The notes under the pieces were generated by a model. That model had not been told where the DNA came from, searched no databases, and saw nothing but the letters and a program-made list of their open reading frames with translations. From Mobula hypostoma (taxonomy: Eukaryota), in contig NC_086108.1 of NCBI RefSeq assembly GCF_963921235.1, positions 116,438,001-116,502,000 of the forward strand: 64,000 nt of DNA. Direction: 5' to 3'. Positions 48,662 through 61,958 of the stretch are shown one piece after another. Positions within the stretch are counted from its first letter, which is position 1. Every line of letters begins with the position of its first letter. A program made the translations under genes and the position numbers.

Positions 48662-51600
48662 AATGTAGAAAACCTACAACACAATACAGGCCCTTTGGCC
48701 CACAATGCTTTACCGAACATGTACTTACTTTAGGAATTATCTAGGAGTAGGATTACCCATAGCCCTCTATTTTTCTGAGCTCCATGTACCTATCGAAGAC
48801 TCTTTTAAAAGACCCTATCGTATCTGCCTCCACCACTGTCACTGGCAGCCCATTCCACACATTCACCGCTCTCTGTGTAAAAAAACTTACATCTGACATC
48901 TCCTCTGTACCGACTTCCAAGCACCTTAAAACTGTGTCCTCTCGTGCTAGCCATTTCAGCCTTGGGAAAAAGCCTCTGACTATCCACACGATCAATGCCT
49001 CTCATCGTCTTATACACCTCTATCAGGTCACCTCTCATCCTCCGTTGTTCCAAGGAAAAAAGGCCGAGTTCACTCAACCTGTTCTCATAGGGCATGCTCC
49101 CCAATCCAGGCAACATCCTTGTAAATCTCTTCTGCATCCTTTCTATGGTTTCCACATCCTTCCTGTAGTGAGACGACCAGAACTGAGTGCAGTACTCCAA
49201 GTGGGGTCTGACCAGGGTCCTATATAGCTGTAACATTACCTTTTGGCTCTTAAACTCAATCCCACGAATGATGAAGGCCAATGCATCGTATGCCTTCTTA
49301 ACCGCAGAGTCAACCTGTGTAGAAGCTTTGAGTGTCCTACGGACTTGGACCCCAAGATCCCTCTGATCATCCACACTGCCAAGAGTCTTACCTTTAATAC
49401 AATATTCTGCCATCATATTTGACCTACCAAAATGAACCACGTCAGACTTATCTAGGTTGAAATCCATCTGCCTCTTCTCAGCCCAGTTTTACATCCTATC
49501 GATGTCCCACTGTGACCCCTGACAGCCTCCACACTATCCACATCACCTCCAACCTTTGTGTCATCAGCAAACTTACTAACCCATCCCTTCAGTTCTTCAT
49601 CCAGGTCATTTATAAAAGTTATGAAGAGAAGGGGGTCCCTGAACGGATCCCTGAGGCACTCCACTGGTCACCAACCTCCATGCAGAATATGACCCATCTA
49701 CAACCACTCTTTGCCTTCTGTGGGCAAGCCAATTCAGGATCCACAAAGCACGGTCCCTTGGATCCCACAAGATCACAAGACAAAAGAGCAGAAGTAGGCC
49801 ATTCGGCCCATCGAGTCTGCTCCGCCACTCCACCATGAGCTAAACTATTCCCCCATCTAGTTCCAATTTTCGGCCTTTTCCCCATATCCCTTGATACCCT
49901 GACTAATTAGATACCCGTCAATCTCCTCCTTAAACACCCTCAATGATCGGGCCTTCACAGCTGTATGTGACAACGAATTCCATAAATCCACGACCCTCTG
50001 GCTAAAAAAATTTCTCCTCATCTCTGTTTTAAATGGGTACCTTCTAATTCTAAGATTGTAGCCTTTTGTCCTGGACTCACCCACTAAGGGAAACATCCTT
50101 TCCATATCTACACTGTCCAACCCTTTCAACATTCGAAATGGTTCTATGAGATCCCCTCTCATTCTTCTATACTCTAATGAATACAGTCTAAGAGCCGACA
50201 AACGCTCCTCATATGTTAGCCCCTGCATTCCCGGAATCATCCTCGTAAATCTTCTCTGAACTGTCTCCAACATCAGTACATCTCTTCTAAGATAGGGGGC
50301 CCAGAACTGCACGCAGTATTCCAAAAGAGGTCTCACCAGTGCCCATAGAGCCTCAACAACACCTCCTTACCCTTATACACTATTCCTCTTGAAATGAATG
50401 CCAACATAGCATTCGCTTTCCTTACTGCCGATCTAACCTGGTGGTTAACCTTTAAGGTATCCTGCATGAGGACCCCCAAGTCCCTTTGCACTTCCGGTTT
50501 TTGAATTTTCTCCCCATCTAAACAATAATCTGCCCGATTATTTCTTTTTCCAAAATGTGCAACCGTACATTTCTCAATATTGTATCTCATCTGCCATTTC
50601 TTTGCCCACTCTCCTAAACCAACAAAGTCTCTCTGCAACCTCTCCGTTTCTTCAACACTTCCTGCTCCTCCACCTATCTTGGTGTCATCCACAAACTTAA
50701 CCACAAAACCATTTAATCCATAATCTAAATCATCGATATACATTGCAAAAAGAAGCGGTCCCAACACGACCCCTGCGGAACACCACTAGTAACCGGCAAC
50801 CAATCAGAATAGGATCCCTTTATTCCCACCCTTTGCTTTCTGCCTATCAGCCAATGCTCCACCCATTCCAATATCTTTCCTGTAATTCCATCGGCTCTCA
50901 TCTTATTAAGCAGCCTCTTATGTGGCACCTTATCGAAGGCCTTTTGAAAATCCAAATACACAACATCCACAGCCTCTCCCTTGTCAATCTTATTTGAGAT
51001 TTCCTCAAAAAATTCCAATAGGTTGGTGAGGCAGGATCTTCCCTTCATGAAACTATGCTGGCTTGGGGCTATCTTGTCATGCAGCTCGAGGTATTTCATG
51101 ATCTCGTCCTTGAAGATCGATTCCAATAACTTTCCAACTACTGATGTCAGACTAATAGGTCTGTAATATTCTTTTTGCTGCCTCCCTCCTTTCTTAAACA
51201 GTGGAACTACATTTGCAACCTTCCAGTCCTCTGGAACCATGCCAGAGTCCATTGATTCCTGGAAGATCATTTCCAATGCCTCCACAATCTCCAAAGCCAC
51301 CTCCTTCAGAACCCGTGGGTGCACCTCATCCGGTCCGGGAGACTTATCTATTCTTAGTCCATTTAGCTTCCCAAGTACTTTCTCTGAAGTATTCTTGACT
51401 GTACCTAATTCTATTCCCTGAGATCTCTGGCTATCAGGTATGTTGCTAATGTCTTCCACTGTGAAGACTGATGCAAAATACTCATTTAGTTCCTCTGCCA
51501 TCACTTTGCTACCCATTAGAATTTCTCCAGCATCATTTTCAATCGGTCCTATATCTACCCATGCCTCCTTACTTTCTCAATAAGCCTGCATGGGGTACCT

Positions 51601-53912
51601 TATCAAATGCCTTGCTGAAATCCATATACACTACATCTACGGCTCTTCCTTCATCAATGTGCTTAGTCACATCCTCAGAAAATTCAATCAGGCTCGTAAG
51701 GCACGATCTGCCTTTGACAAAGCCATGCTGACTATTCCTAATCATATTATGCCTCTCCAAATGTTCATAAATCCTGTCCCTCAGGATCTTTTCCATCAAT
51801 TTATCAACCATGAAGTAAGACTCACTAGTCTATAATTTCTGGGGCAATCTCTACTCCCTTTCTTGAATATGGGAACAGTACCTGCAACCCTCCAACACTC
51901 CAGAACCTCCCTCATCCCCATTGATGAAGCAAAGATCATCGCCAGAGGCTCAGCAGTCTCCTTTCTCACCTCCCACAGTAGCCTGGGGTACATCCCGTCT
52001 GGTCCCGATAACTTACCCAACTTGATGCATTCAAAAGCTCCAGTACATCCTCTTTCTTAATGTCTATATGCTCAAGCTTTTCAATCCGCTGTAAGTCATC
52101 CCTACTATCGCCAAGATCTTTTTCTGTAGTGAATACTGAAACAAAATATTCATTAAGTATCTCTGCTATCTCCTCTGGTTACATACACACTTTTCCACTG
52201 TCACATTTGATTGGTGCTATTCTCTCATGTTTTATTTTCTCACTTTGGGGTTTTCCTTAATCCTGCTCACCAAGGCCTTCTCATGACTCCTTCTGGCTCT
52301 TCTTATTTCATTCTTAAGCTCCATCCTGCTAGCCTTATAATCTTCTAGTTCTCTATCATTACCTAGTTTTTTGAACCTTTCGTAAGCTTTTTTCTTCTTG
52401 ACTGGATTTTCAACAGCCTTTGAACACCCCAGTTCCTGTACCCTACCATCCTTCCCCTGTTTCATTGGAATGTACCCATGCAAAACTCCACGCAAATATC
52501 CCCTGAACATTTGCCACATTTCTGCCGTACATTTCCCTGAGAACTTCTGTTCCCAATGCTTCCAAATTCCTGCCTGATAGCTTCATATTTCCCCTTACTC
52601 CAATTAAACACTTTCCTAACTTGTCTGTTCCTATCTCTCTCCAAGGCTATGGTAAAGGAGATAGAATTGTGATCACTATCTCCAAAATGCTCTCCCACTG
52701 AGAGACCTGACACCTGACCAGGTTCATTTCCCAATACCAGATCAAGTACAGTCTCTCCTCTCGTAGGCTTATCTACATATTGTGTCAAGAAACCTTCCTG
52801 AACACACCTAACAAACTCCACCCCATCTAAAATCCTCACTCTTGGGAGATGCCAGTCAATATTTGGGAAATTAAAATCTCCCACACGACAACCCTGTTAT
52901 TATTACACATTTCCAGAATCTGTCTCCCTATGTGCTCCTCAATGTCCCTGTTATTATTGGATGGTCTATAAAAAACACCCGGTAGAGTTATTGCCTCCTT
53001 CCTGTTTCTAACTTCCACCCACAGAGAGCCAGTTGACAATCCCTCCATGACTTTCTCCTTTTCTGCAGCCGTGACACTATCTCTGATCAACAGTGCCACA
53101 CCCCCACCTCTTTTGCCTCCCTCCCTGTCCTATCTGAAACACCTAAAGCCTGGCACTTGAAGTAACCATTCCTGCCCCTGAACCATCCAAAACTCTATAA
53201 TATCTCCAAAAACTGACCCACATTCTAAGCTTATCCGCTTTGTTCATGATGTTTCTTGCATTAAAATAGACGCATCTCAAACCATCAGTCTGAGCGTGTC
53301 CCTTCTCTATCATCTGCCTATCCTCTCTCACACACTGTCTCCAAGCTTTCACTATTTGTGAGCCAACCGCCTCTTCCTCCGTCTCTTCAATTGAGTTTCC
53401 ACCACCCCCCCAGCAATTCTAGTTTAAACCCTCCCCAATAGCCTTAGCAAACCTCCCTGCCAGGATATTGGACACCTCAGATTCAAGTGCAACCTGTCCT
53501 TTTTGTACAGGTCACACCTGCCCCAAAAGAGATCCCAATGATCCAGAAATCTGAATCCCTGTCCCCTGCTCCAATCTCTCAGCCACACATTTATCCTCCA
53601 CCTCATTCTATTCCTATACTCACTGTTGCATGGTACAGGCAGTAATCCCAAGATTACTACCTTTGAAGTTGCTTCCCAACTTCCTTCCTAACTTCCTGTA
53701 GTCTGTTTTCAGGACCTCCTCTCTCTTCCTACCTATGTCGTTGGTACCAATATGTACCACGACCTCTGGGTGTTCACTTTCCCAGTGCAGGATATCGTGG
53801 ATGTGATCAGAAACATCCCGGACCCTGGCACCTGGGAGGCAAACTACCATCTCTGTTTCTTTCCTGCTTCCACAGAATCGCTTGTCTGACCCCCTAACTA
53901 TAGAGTCCCCTA
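48662..53912 (-). mobile_element. Long CR1 (family B) with ORF1 SGNH-esterase remnant and ORF2, split by another CR1
   Basis: ORF1: GDSIVRG, CLPGARVRDV, HIGTND (53424-53912); ORF2: [34 protein letters not shown]. Confidence 0.9.
49766..51557 (-). mobile_element. 5'-truncated CR1 (family D) nested in the family B copy
   Basis: ORFs 49857..50336, 50333..50767 and 50725..51516; (GATCTTGT)n tail; host resumes at CCCATGCC. Confidence 0.9.
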
Positions 53913-54026
53913 TAGCATTGCCTTCCTCACCATAGACTCAACCTGTAAATTAACCCTTATGGAATCCTGCACAAGGACTCCCGAGTCCCTTTGTACCTTA
54001 GATTTTAGTATTTTGTGTTTAGTTAC

Positions 54027-54068
54027 GCACACACTCGCACTCACACACACATATACACACACACATAT

Positions 54069-54099
<31 letters not shown>

Positions 54100-54100
54100 T
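54027..54100 (+). repeat. (CA)n/(TA) microsatellite
   Basis: Directly visible. Confidence 0.95.
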
Positions 54101-54685
54101 CATTAGTCCAAGTCCCTGAGCGACATGCGACATGCAGGTTGTCCTGCCAGTTGAGTACTGGACGGCAGCACTGATATGAGAACGCACAGACACCAGGCTC
54201 CACCACCTCCAACATCGTCTCACCTGGACTGCAGCAGTAGGCAAACCTGCTGAGCCTTATCGTCAGTACAACCAAGGCACACTGCAGACTCATCACCTGT
54301 CGCTTTCCACCAAACAAGGGAAAATGGTCAACATCCAACAGGGTTTTGCGATTCAAGAGAAACGTCCAGGACAGTCGCTCATGGTTACACTGCAGGCTGC
54401 TTTTGCACACCAACTCCAATGTCTTCTAGGCAGCAGCATGGACTGCACCCAGCTCAGGTCTGACACTTCTTTGCCCATTGTCCTAATCTGTCAAAGTCCT
54501 TCTGTAGCCTGTCTACTTCCTCAAAACTGCCTGCCCTCTCCACCTATCTTGGTATTGCCTGCAAACTTTGCAACAAAGTAATCAATTCCATCATCCAAAT
54601 TATTAATGTATGATGTAAAAACTATCGGTCCCAACACAGACCCCTGTAGATCACTGAGTTACTGGCAGCCAACCAGAAAGGCTCT

Positions 54686-55752
54686 CTTAATTTTGGAGTT
54701 GGCCAAAGTAAACTGGAAGGAGATGCTGGCAGGGATGACAGCCGAGCAGTAATGGCATGAGTTTCTGGGGAAAAATGAGGAAGCTACAGGACATGTGTAT
54801 TCCAAAAATGAAGAAGTACTCAAATGGTAAAATAATACAACTGTGGTTGATAAGGGAAGTCAAAGCCAATGTAAAAACAAAAGAAAGAGCATACAAAAGC
54901 AAGAATTAGTGGGAAGACAGGGGATTGAGAAGCTTTTAAAAATCTACAGAGAACAACTAAAAGAATCATTAGGAGGGAAAAGGTGAAATATGAAAGCAAG
55001 CTAGCAAACAATATCAAAGTGGATAGTAAAAGCTTTTCAAGTATGTAAAAAATAAAAAAGAAATGAGAGTGGATATTGGACCACTAAGAAATGAGGCCGG
55101 AGAAATAATAACGGGTTACAAGGAGATGTCTGATGAACTAAATGTGTATTTAGCATCAGTCATCACTGTGGAAAGCACTAGCAGTGTGCCAGATGTTGAA
55201 GGGTGTGAAGGAAGACAAGTAAGTTCAGTTACTATTACAAGGGAGAAGGTGCTCAAAAAGCTGAAAGATCTAAACATACGTAAGTCACACGAACCAGATG
55301 AACTGTACCCTAGGGTTCTGAAAAAGGTAGCGGTAAAGATTGTGATGACATTAGAAATTATCTTTCAAAGATCATTGGACTCTGGCATTGTGCCAGAGGA
55401 CTGGAAAATTGCAAATGTCACTCCACTCTTTAAGAAAGGAGGAAGGCAGCAGAAAGGAAATTATAGACCAGTTAACCTGACATCAGTGGTTGGGAAGATG
55501 CTGGAGTCAATTGTTAAGGATGAGGTTATATCAAGATGTCGGTGAGACATATCAAGATAAGATAAACTCAGCATGGTTTCCTTCAGGGAAAATCTTGCCT
55601 GATGAATCTGTTGGAATTCTTTGAGGAGTTACAAGTAGGATAGATAAAGGGGATGCAGGGGATGTTGTATATTTGGACTTTCAGAAGGCCTTTGACAAGG
55701 TGCCACACATGAGGCTGCTTACAAGGACAAGTACCCATGGTATTACAGGAAA
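54686..55752 (+). mobile_element. CR1 ORF2 middle segment
   Basis: ORF 55063..55545; similar to 22583-23635. Confidence 0.9.
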
Positions 55753-56110
55753 GCAGCAGCTTTGAGTGTCCTATGGACATAGACCCCAAGATCTTTCTGA
55801 TCCTTCACACTGCCAAGAGTTTTACCATTTATATTACATTCTATCTTCAAACTGGTCCTACCAAAATGAACCACTTCAGAGTTATCTGGTTGAACTCCAT
55901 ATGACAGTTCCCAGCCCCATTCTGTATCCTATCGATGTCTCACTGTAACCTTTAACAATCTTTCAGGTGAGCCACAACACCTCCAACCTTTGTGTTGCCA
56001 GCAAACTTACTAACCCACCCCTCTATTTCTTCATCCAAATCATTGATAAAAATCACAAAGAGGAGGGTCTCCAGAACATATACACTACATCCCTGCAGAA
56101 TGCCACTGGT
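55753..56110 (-). mobile_element. CR1 RT fragment (family B-like)
   Basis: [24 protein letters not shown]. Confidence 0.8.
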
Positions 56111-56199
56111 ATTTAGTATACAGTATTTTTGTTTTTGCACATTTTTTAATAATCTATTCAATGTACGTGTGTTTTCTATGTTTCTAAGGATGAGGAACC

Positions 56200-58945
56200 T
56201 AACTGTGGCACTGTAGTTCAGGGAGTGATTGAAGAGAGAAGAGAAATGCAGTGGTAATTGGGGATAGTATAGTCAGGGGAATAGACAGAGTTTTCTGTTG
56301 CAAGGATAGAGCATCCCGAAGGCTGTGTTACCTGCCTGGTGCCTGGGTTGGGGACATCTTATCTGACCTGCAGAGGAATTTGCAGTGGGAGGGGAAAGAC
56401 CCAGTTGTCATGGTCCATGTGGGTACCAACGACATACTGTATGTAGAATAAGGAAAGAGGTTCTGCTGAGGGAACTTGAGTAGTTAAGGACTAAATTAAA
56501 AGCGGAACCAGAAAGGTCATAATCTCTTGATTACTAACTGAGCCACCTGCAAATTGGCATAGGGTCAAGAAGATTAGAGAGTTAAATGTGTGGCTCAAGG
56601 ATTGGTGTGGGAGAAGTGGGTTTGAATTCATGGGAAATTGACACCAGTATTGGGGAAGGAGGGAGCTGTACCAATGGGATGGGCTCCACCTGAACCGTGA
56701 TGGGACCTGGATCCTAGCGAATCGCACAACTAGAGCTGAGGATAAGGCTTTAAACTAAATAGTAGAAACATAGAAACATAGAAAATAGGTGCAGGAGTAG
56801 GCCATTCGGCCCTTCGAGCCTGCACCGCCATTTATTATGATCATGGCTGATCATCCAACTCAGAACCCTGCACCAGCCTTCCCTCCATACCCTCTGATCC
56901 CCCTAGCCACAAGGGCCATATCTAACTCCCTCTTAAATATTGCCAATGAACTGGCCTCAACTGTTTCCTGTGGCAGAGAATTCCACAGATTCACCACTCT
57001 CTGTGTGAAGTTTTTCCTAATCTCGGTCCTAAAAGGCTTCCCCTTTATCCTCAAACTGTGACCCCTCGTTCTGGACTTCCCCAACATCGGGAACAATCTT
57101 CCTGCATCTAGCCTGTCCAATCCCTTTAGGATTTTATACGTTTCAATCAGATCCCCCCTCAATCTTCTAAATTCCAATGAGTACAAGCCCAGTTCATCCA
57201 GTCTTTCTTCATATGAAAGTCCTGCCATCCCAGGAATCAATCTGGTGAACCTTCCCTGCCAGTTTTCTCTCATAATCTTTTTTCCCCTTCCTAATTAAGC
57301 CCTTTGTCCTCCTCTGCTGAACTCTGAATTTCTCCCAGTCCTCGGGTGAGCCACTTTTTCTGGCTAATTTGTATGTTTCTTCTTTGGAATTGATACTATC
57401 CCTAATTTTTCTTGTCAGCCACAGGTGCACTACCTTCCTTGATTTATTCTTTTGCCAAACTGGGATGAACAATTGTTGTAGTTCATCCATGCAATCCTTA
57501 AATGCTTGCCATTGCATATCCACCGTCAATCCTTTAAGCGTCATTTGCCAGTCTATCTTAGCTAATTCACATGTCATACCTTCAAAGTTACCCCTTTTTA
57601 AGTTCAGAACCTTTGTTTCTGAATTAACTATGTCACTCTCCATCTTAATGAATAATTCCACCATATTATGGTCACTCTTACCCAAGGGGCCTCTCACGAC
57701 AAGATTGCTAATTAATCCTTCCTCATTGCTCAGTACCCAGTCTAGAGTGGCCTGCTCTCTAGTTGGTTCCTCGACATGTTGGTTCAAAAAACCATCCCGC
57801 ATACATTCCAAGAAATCCTCTTCCTCAGCACCTTTACCAATTTGGTTCACCCAATGTACATGTAGATTGAAGTCACCCATTATAACTGCTGTTCCTTTAT
57901 TGCACACGTTTCTAATTTCCTGTTTAATACTATCTCCGACCTCACTACTACTGTTAGGTGGCCTGTACACAACTCCCACCAGCGTTTTCTGCTGGGAGTA
58001 AGTTCAACAGATTGGAGAAGTATGGATAAAGTAAAAAAGAAAAGTGTGGATAAAGATAAAGAAAAAGCAAAAGAGAAAAAAGAGGAAAGTAATACTGGAG
58101 CGAAGAAAAGTCAAGAGTAAAAGATTACAAGATTTTAAAAGCATAGTGAGTGTAAGGGCACTTTATCTGAATGCTCATAGGATTCGAAACAAGGTCAGTG
58201 AACTTGTGGCTCAAATCAGTACAAAGAGGTATGATTTAATGGCCATTACAGAGACGTGGTTGCAGGGTGGAGAGGATTGGGAATTAAATATCCAAGGATA
58301 TCAGGTAATGCAGAAAGGTAGGCAGGAGGGTAAGGGAGGTGGGGTAGTGCTCATAATTAAAGGTGAGATCAGGGCGATAGTGAGAGATGATCTAAGGAGC
58401 AGAATGTTGAATCTATCTGGGTAGAGAGTAAGAATAGTAAAGGGAAAGTATCACTGGTGAGAGTTGTCTATCGGCCACTGAATAATAACATTACAGTGGC
58501 ACAGGGAATAATCTGAATAATCTGAGGCATGTAAGAATGGAACAGCAGTTATCATGGGGGACTTCAACTTGCACATCGATTGGGTGAATCAAGTTGGTTG
58601 AGGCAGTCTTGAGGAGGACTTCATAGAATGCATCTGTGATGGCTTTCTTGAACAGCATGTTACTGAACCTACAAGGGAACGTGCTGTCTCAGATCTGGTC
58701 CTGTGCAATGAGACAGACAAAATTAATGATCGTGTAGTTAGGGATCCTCTTGGAAAGAGTGATCACAGTATGAATGAATTTCTCATACAAATGGAGGGTG
58801 CAATAGTTCAATCTAAAACCAGTATATTATGTCTAAACAATGGGGACTACAATGGGATGAGGGAGGATTTGGCTAATGTAGACTGGGAACACAGGCTATA
58901 TGGTTGGACAGTTGAAGAACAATGGAAGACTTTCAAAGAGATTCA
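56200..58945 (+). mobile_element. CR1 5' region (ORF1 SGNH esterase at 56230-56760, ORF2 endonuclease at 57992-58945) split by a family A copy
   Basis: VIGDSIVRG...HVGTND; LYLNAHRIRNK, AITETWL, GDFN, SDH. Confidence 0.9.
56765..57990 (-). mobile_element. Young CR1 (family A) with the RT core deleted
   Basis: Junction at about 57253 joins sequence equivalent to 37326 directly to 35948 of the longer copy. Confidence 0.9.
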
Positions 58946-60440
58946 AAGCCTCTGACTATCCACACGATCAATGCCTCTCATCATCTTATACACCTCTATC
59001 AGGTCACCTCTCATCCTCTGTCACTCCAAGGAGAAAAGGCCAAGTTCACTCAACCTATTCTCATAAGGCATGCTCCCCAATCCAGGCAACATCCTTGTAA
59101 ATCTCCTCTGCACCCTTTTGATAGTTTCCACATCCTTTTCCATAGTGAATACTGAAACAAAGTACACATTAAGTACCTCTGCCATCTCCTCCAGTTCCAT
59201 ACACACTTTTCTACTGTCACACATGATTGGTCCTATCCTCTTACGTCTTATCCTCCTGCTCTTCACATACTTGTAGAATGTCTTGGGGTTTTCCTTAATC
59301 CTGTCTGCCAAGGCCTTCTCATGGCCCCTTCTGGCTCTCCTAATTTGTTTCTTAAGCTCCTTCCTGCAAGCCTTATATCTTCTAGATCTCTATCATTACC
59401 TAGTTTTTTGAACCTTTCACAAGCTTTTCTTCTTGACTAGTTTTACAACAGCCTTTACTACACCATGGTTCCTGTAAGCTACCATCCTTTCCCTGTCTCA
59501 TTGTAACATACCTATGCAGAACTCCACACAAATATCTACTGAACATTTGCCACATTTCTTCCGTACATTTCCCTGAGAACATCTGTTCCAAATTTATGCT
59601 TCCAAGTTCCTGCCTGATAGCCTCATATTTCCTCTTACTCCAATTAAATGTTTCCCAAACTTGTCTGTTCTTATCCTCCTCCAATGCTATGGTAAAGGAG
59701 ATCGAGTTGTGGTCATTATCTCCAAAATGCTCTCCCACTGAGAGATCTGACGCATGACCAGGTTCATTTCCCAATACCAGATCAAGTACAGCCTCTCCTC
59801 TTGTAGGCTTATTTACATATTGTGTCAAGAAACCTTCATGAACACACTTGACAAACTCCACCCCATCTAAACCCCTTGCTCTAGGGAGATGTCAATCAAT
59901 ATTTGGAAAATTAAAATCTCCCACTATGATAACCCTGTTATTATTATACCTTTCCAGAATCTGTCTCCCTATCTGCTCCTAGATATCCCTGTTACTATTG
60001 GGAGGTCTATAAAAAACACCCAGTAGAGCTACTGAATTGATCCATTTGACCCAAAACAGGAGTGTGTGGGCCATGACAGTCAAAGCTCAAACTGGGCATG
60101 GCACCTGTTGATGATGATGATGAGAGTTATTGACTCCTTCCTGTTCCTAATTCCATCCACAGAGACTCCGTAGACAATCCCTCTATGACTTCCTCCTTTT
60201 TGCAGCTGTGACACTATCTCTGATCAACAGTGCCACGCCCCCACCTCTTTTGCCTCGCTCCCTGTCCTTTCTGAAACATCTGAAGCCTGGCACTCGAAGT
60301 AACCATTCCTGCCCCTGAGCCATCCAAGTCTCTGTAATGGTCACAACATCATAGCTCCAAATACTGATCCACGCTTTAGGCTCATCCGCTTTTTTCATTA
60401 TACCCCTTGCACTAGAATAGACACATCTCAAACCATTGGT
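58945..60440 (-). mobile_element. CR1 (family B) endonuclease region fused to the ORF2 C-terminus, RT core deleted
   Basis: ORF 59021..59311: ...SVFTMEKD|VETIKRVQRRFTRMLPG. Confidence 0.85.
60036..60122 (+). mobile_element. 87-bp LINE 3' end with a (GAT)n tail (RTE-like) and 11-bp TSD AGAGYTAYTGA
   Basis: Duplication at 60025-60035 and 60123-60133; the insert is absent from the sister CR1 at 52980. Confidence 0.7.
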
Positions 60441-60443
60441 CTA

Positions 60444-60770
60444 GTAAACCTTTTCTGTACCAAAAAGAGACACCATCCCACCGCACCCCCGGTGAACCTT
60501 CTCTGTCCCTGAGACACTCCATCCCACCCCACCCCCTAGTGAACCTTCTCTGTACCCCGAGACACTCCATCCACCCCACCCCCTAGTGAACCTTCACTGT
60601 ACCCCGAGACACTCCATCACACCCCACCCCCTGGTGAACCTTCACTGTACTCCGAGACACTCCATCACACCCCACCCCCTGGTGAACCTTCACTGTACCC
60701 CGAGACACTCCATCACGCCCCACCCCCTGGTGAACCTTCTCTGTCCCCCGATACACTCCATCCCACCGCA
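60444..60770 (+). repeat. 47-48-bp minisatellite GTGAACCTTCACTGTACCCCGAGACACTCCATCACACCCCACCCCCTG, about 7 copies
   Basis: Unit starts at 60492, 60539, 60586, 60634, 60682 and 60730. Confidence 0.95.
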
Positions 60771-60777
60771 CTCTACT

Positions 60778-61958
60778 TGTTCAGTTACCTTGTCGTTCAG
60801 GAGCCTCGTCGTTCGGGTTCCTCATTGTTCAGTTACCTTGTCGTTCAGGAGCCTCGTCGTTCGGGTTCCTCTTTGTTCAGATGCCTCGTCGTTCAGGAGC
60901 CTCGTCGTTCGGGTTCCTCTTTGTTCAGATGCCTTGTCGTTTAGGAGCCTCGTCGTTCGGGTTCCTCATTGTTCAGTTACCTTGTCGTTTAGGAGCCTCG
61001 TCGTTCGGGTTCCTCTTTGTTCAGTTACCTTGTCGTTCAGGAGCCACGTCGTTCGGGTTCCTCTTTGTTCAGATGCCTTGTCGTTCAGGAGCCTCGTCGT
61101 TCGGGTTCCTCTTTGTTCAGATGCCTTGTCGTTTAGGTGCCTCGTCGTTCGGGTTCCTCTTTGTTCAGATGCCTTGTCGTTCAGGAGCCTCGTCGTTCGG
61201 GTTCCTCTTTGTTCAGTTACCTTGTCGTTCAGGAGCCACGTCGTTCGGGTTCCTCTTTGTTCAGATGCCTTGTCGTTCAGGAGCCTCGTCGTTCGGGTTC
61301 CTCTTTGTTCAGTTACCTTGTCGTTCAGGAGCCACGTCGTTCGGGTTCCTCTTTGTTCAGATGCCTTGTCGTTCAGGAGCCTCGTCGTTCGGGTTCCTCT
61401 TTGTTCAGATGCCTTGTCGTTTAGGTGCCTCGTCGTTCGGGTTCCTCTTTGTTCAGATGCCTTGTCGTTCAGGAGCCTCGTCGTTCGGGTTCCTCTTTGT
61501 TCAGTTACCTTGTCGTTCAGGAGCCACGTCGTTCGGGTTCCTCTTTGTTCAGATGCCTTGTCGTTTAGGTGCCTCGTCGTTCGGGTTCCTCTTTGTTCAG
61601 ATGCCTTGTCGTTCAGGAGCCTCGTCGTTCGGGTTCCTCTTTGTTCAGATGCCTTGTCATTCAGGAGCCTCGTCGTTCGGGTTCCTCTTTGTTCAGTTAC
61701 CTTGTCATTCAGGAGCCTCGTCGTTCGGGTTCCTCATTGTTCAGTTACCTTGTCGTTTAGGTGCCTCGTCGTTCGGGTTCCTCTTTGTTCAGATGCCTTG
61801 TCGTTCAGGAGCCTCGTCATTCGAGTTCCTCTTTGTTCAGATGCCTTGTCATTCAGGAGCCTCGTCGTTCGGGTTCCTCTTTGTTCAGATGCCTTGTCGT
61901 TCAGGAGCCTCGTCGTTCGGGTTCCTCATTGTTCAGTTACCTTGTCGTTTCGGTGCCT
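60778..61958 (+). repeat. 48-bp minisatellite (3 x 16-bp subunits) TGTTCAGATGCCTTGTCGTTCAGGAGCCTCGTCGTTCGGGTTCCTCTT, about 24.5 copies
   Basis: Directly visible; 16-aa periodicity in the ORFs. Confidence 0.98.

Larger units (their letters stand above)
48234..54685 (-). mobile_element. Old CR1 (48234-48660, 53913-54020, 54465-54685) hosting younger insertions
   Basis: RT C-terminal sequence is collinear across the gaps. Confidence 0.7.

Noticed and set aside
53424..53912. Host SGNH esterase/lipase gene (also 56230-56760)
   Set aside because: Sits directly upstream of CR1 ORF2; it is the known CR1 ORF1 esterase domain and is disrupted
60778..61958. CRISPR-like array
   Set aside because: Head-to-tail repeats without unique spacers, no cas genes, vertebrate context
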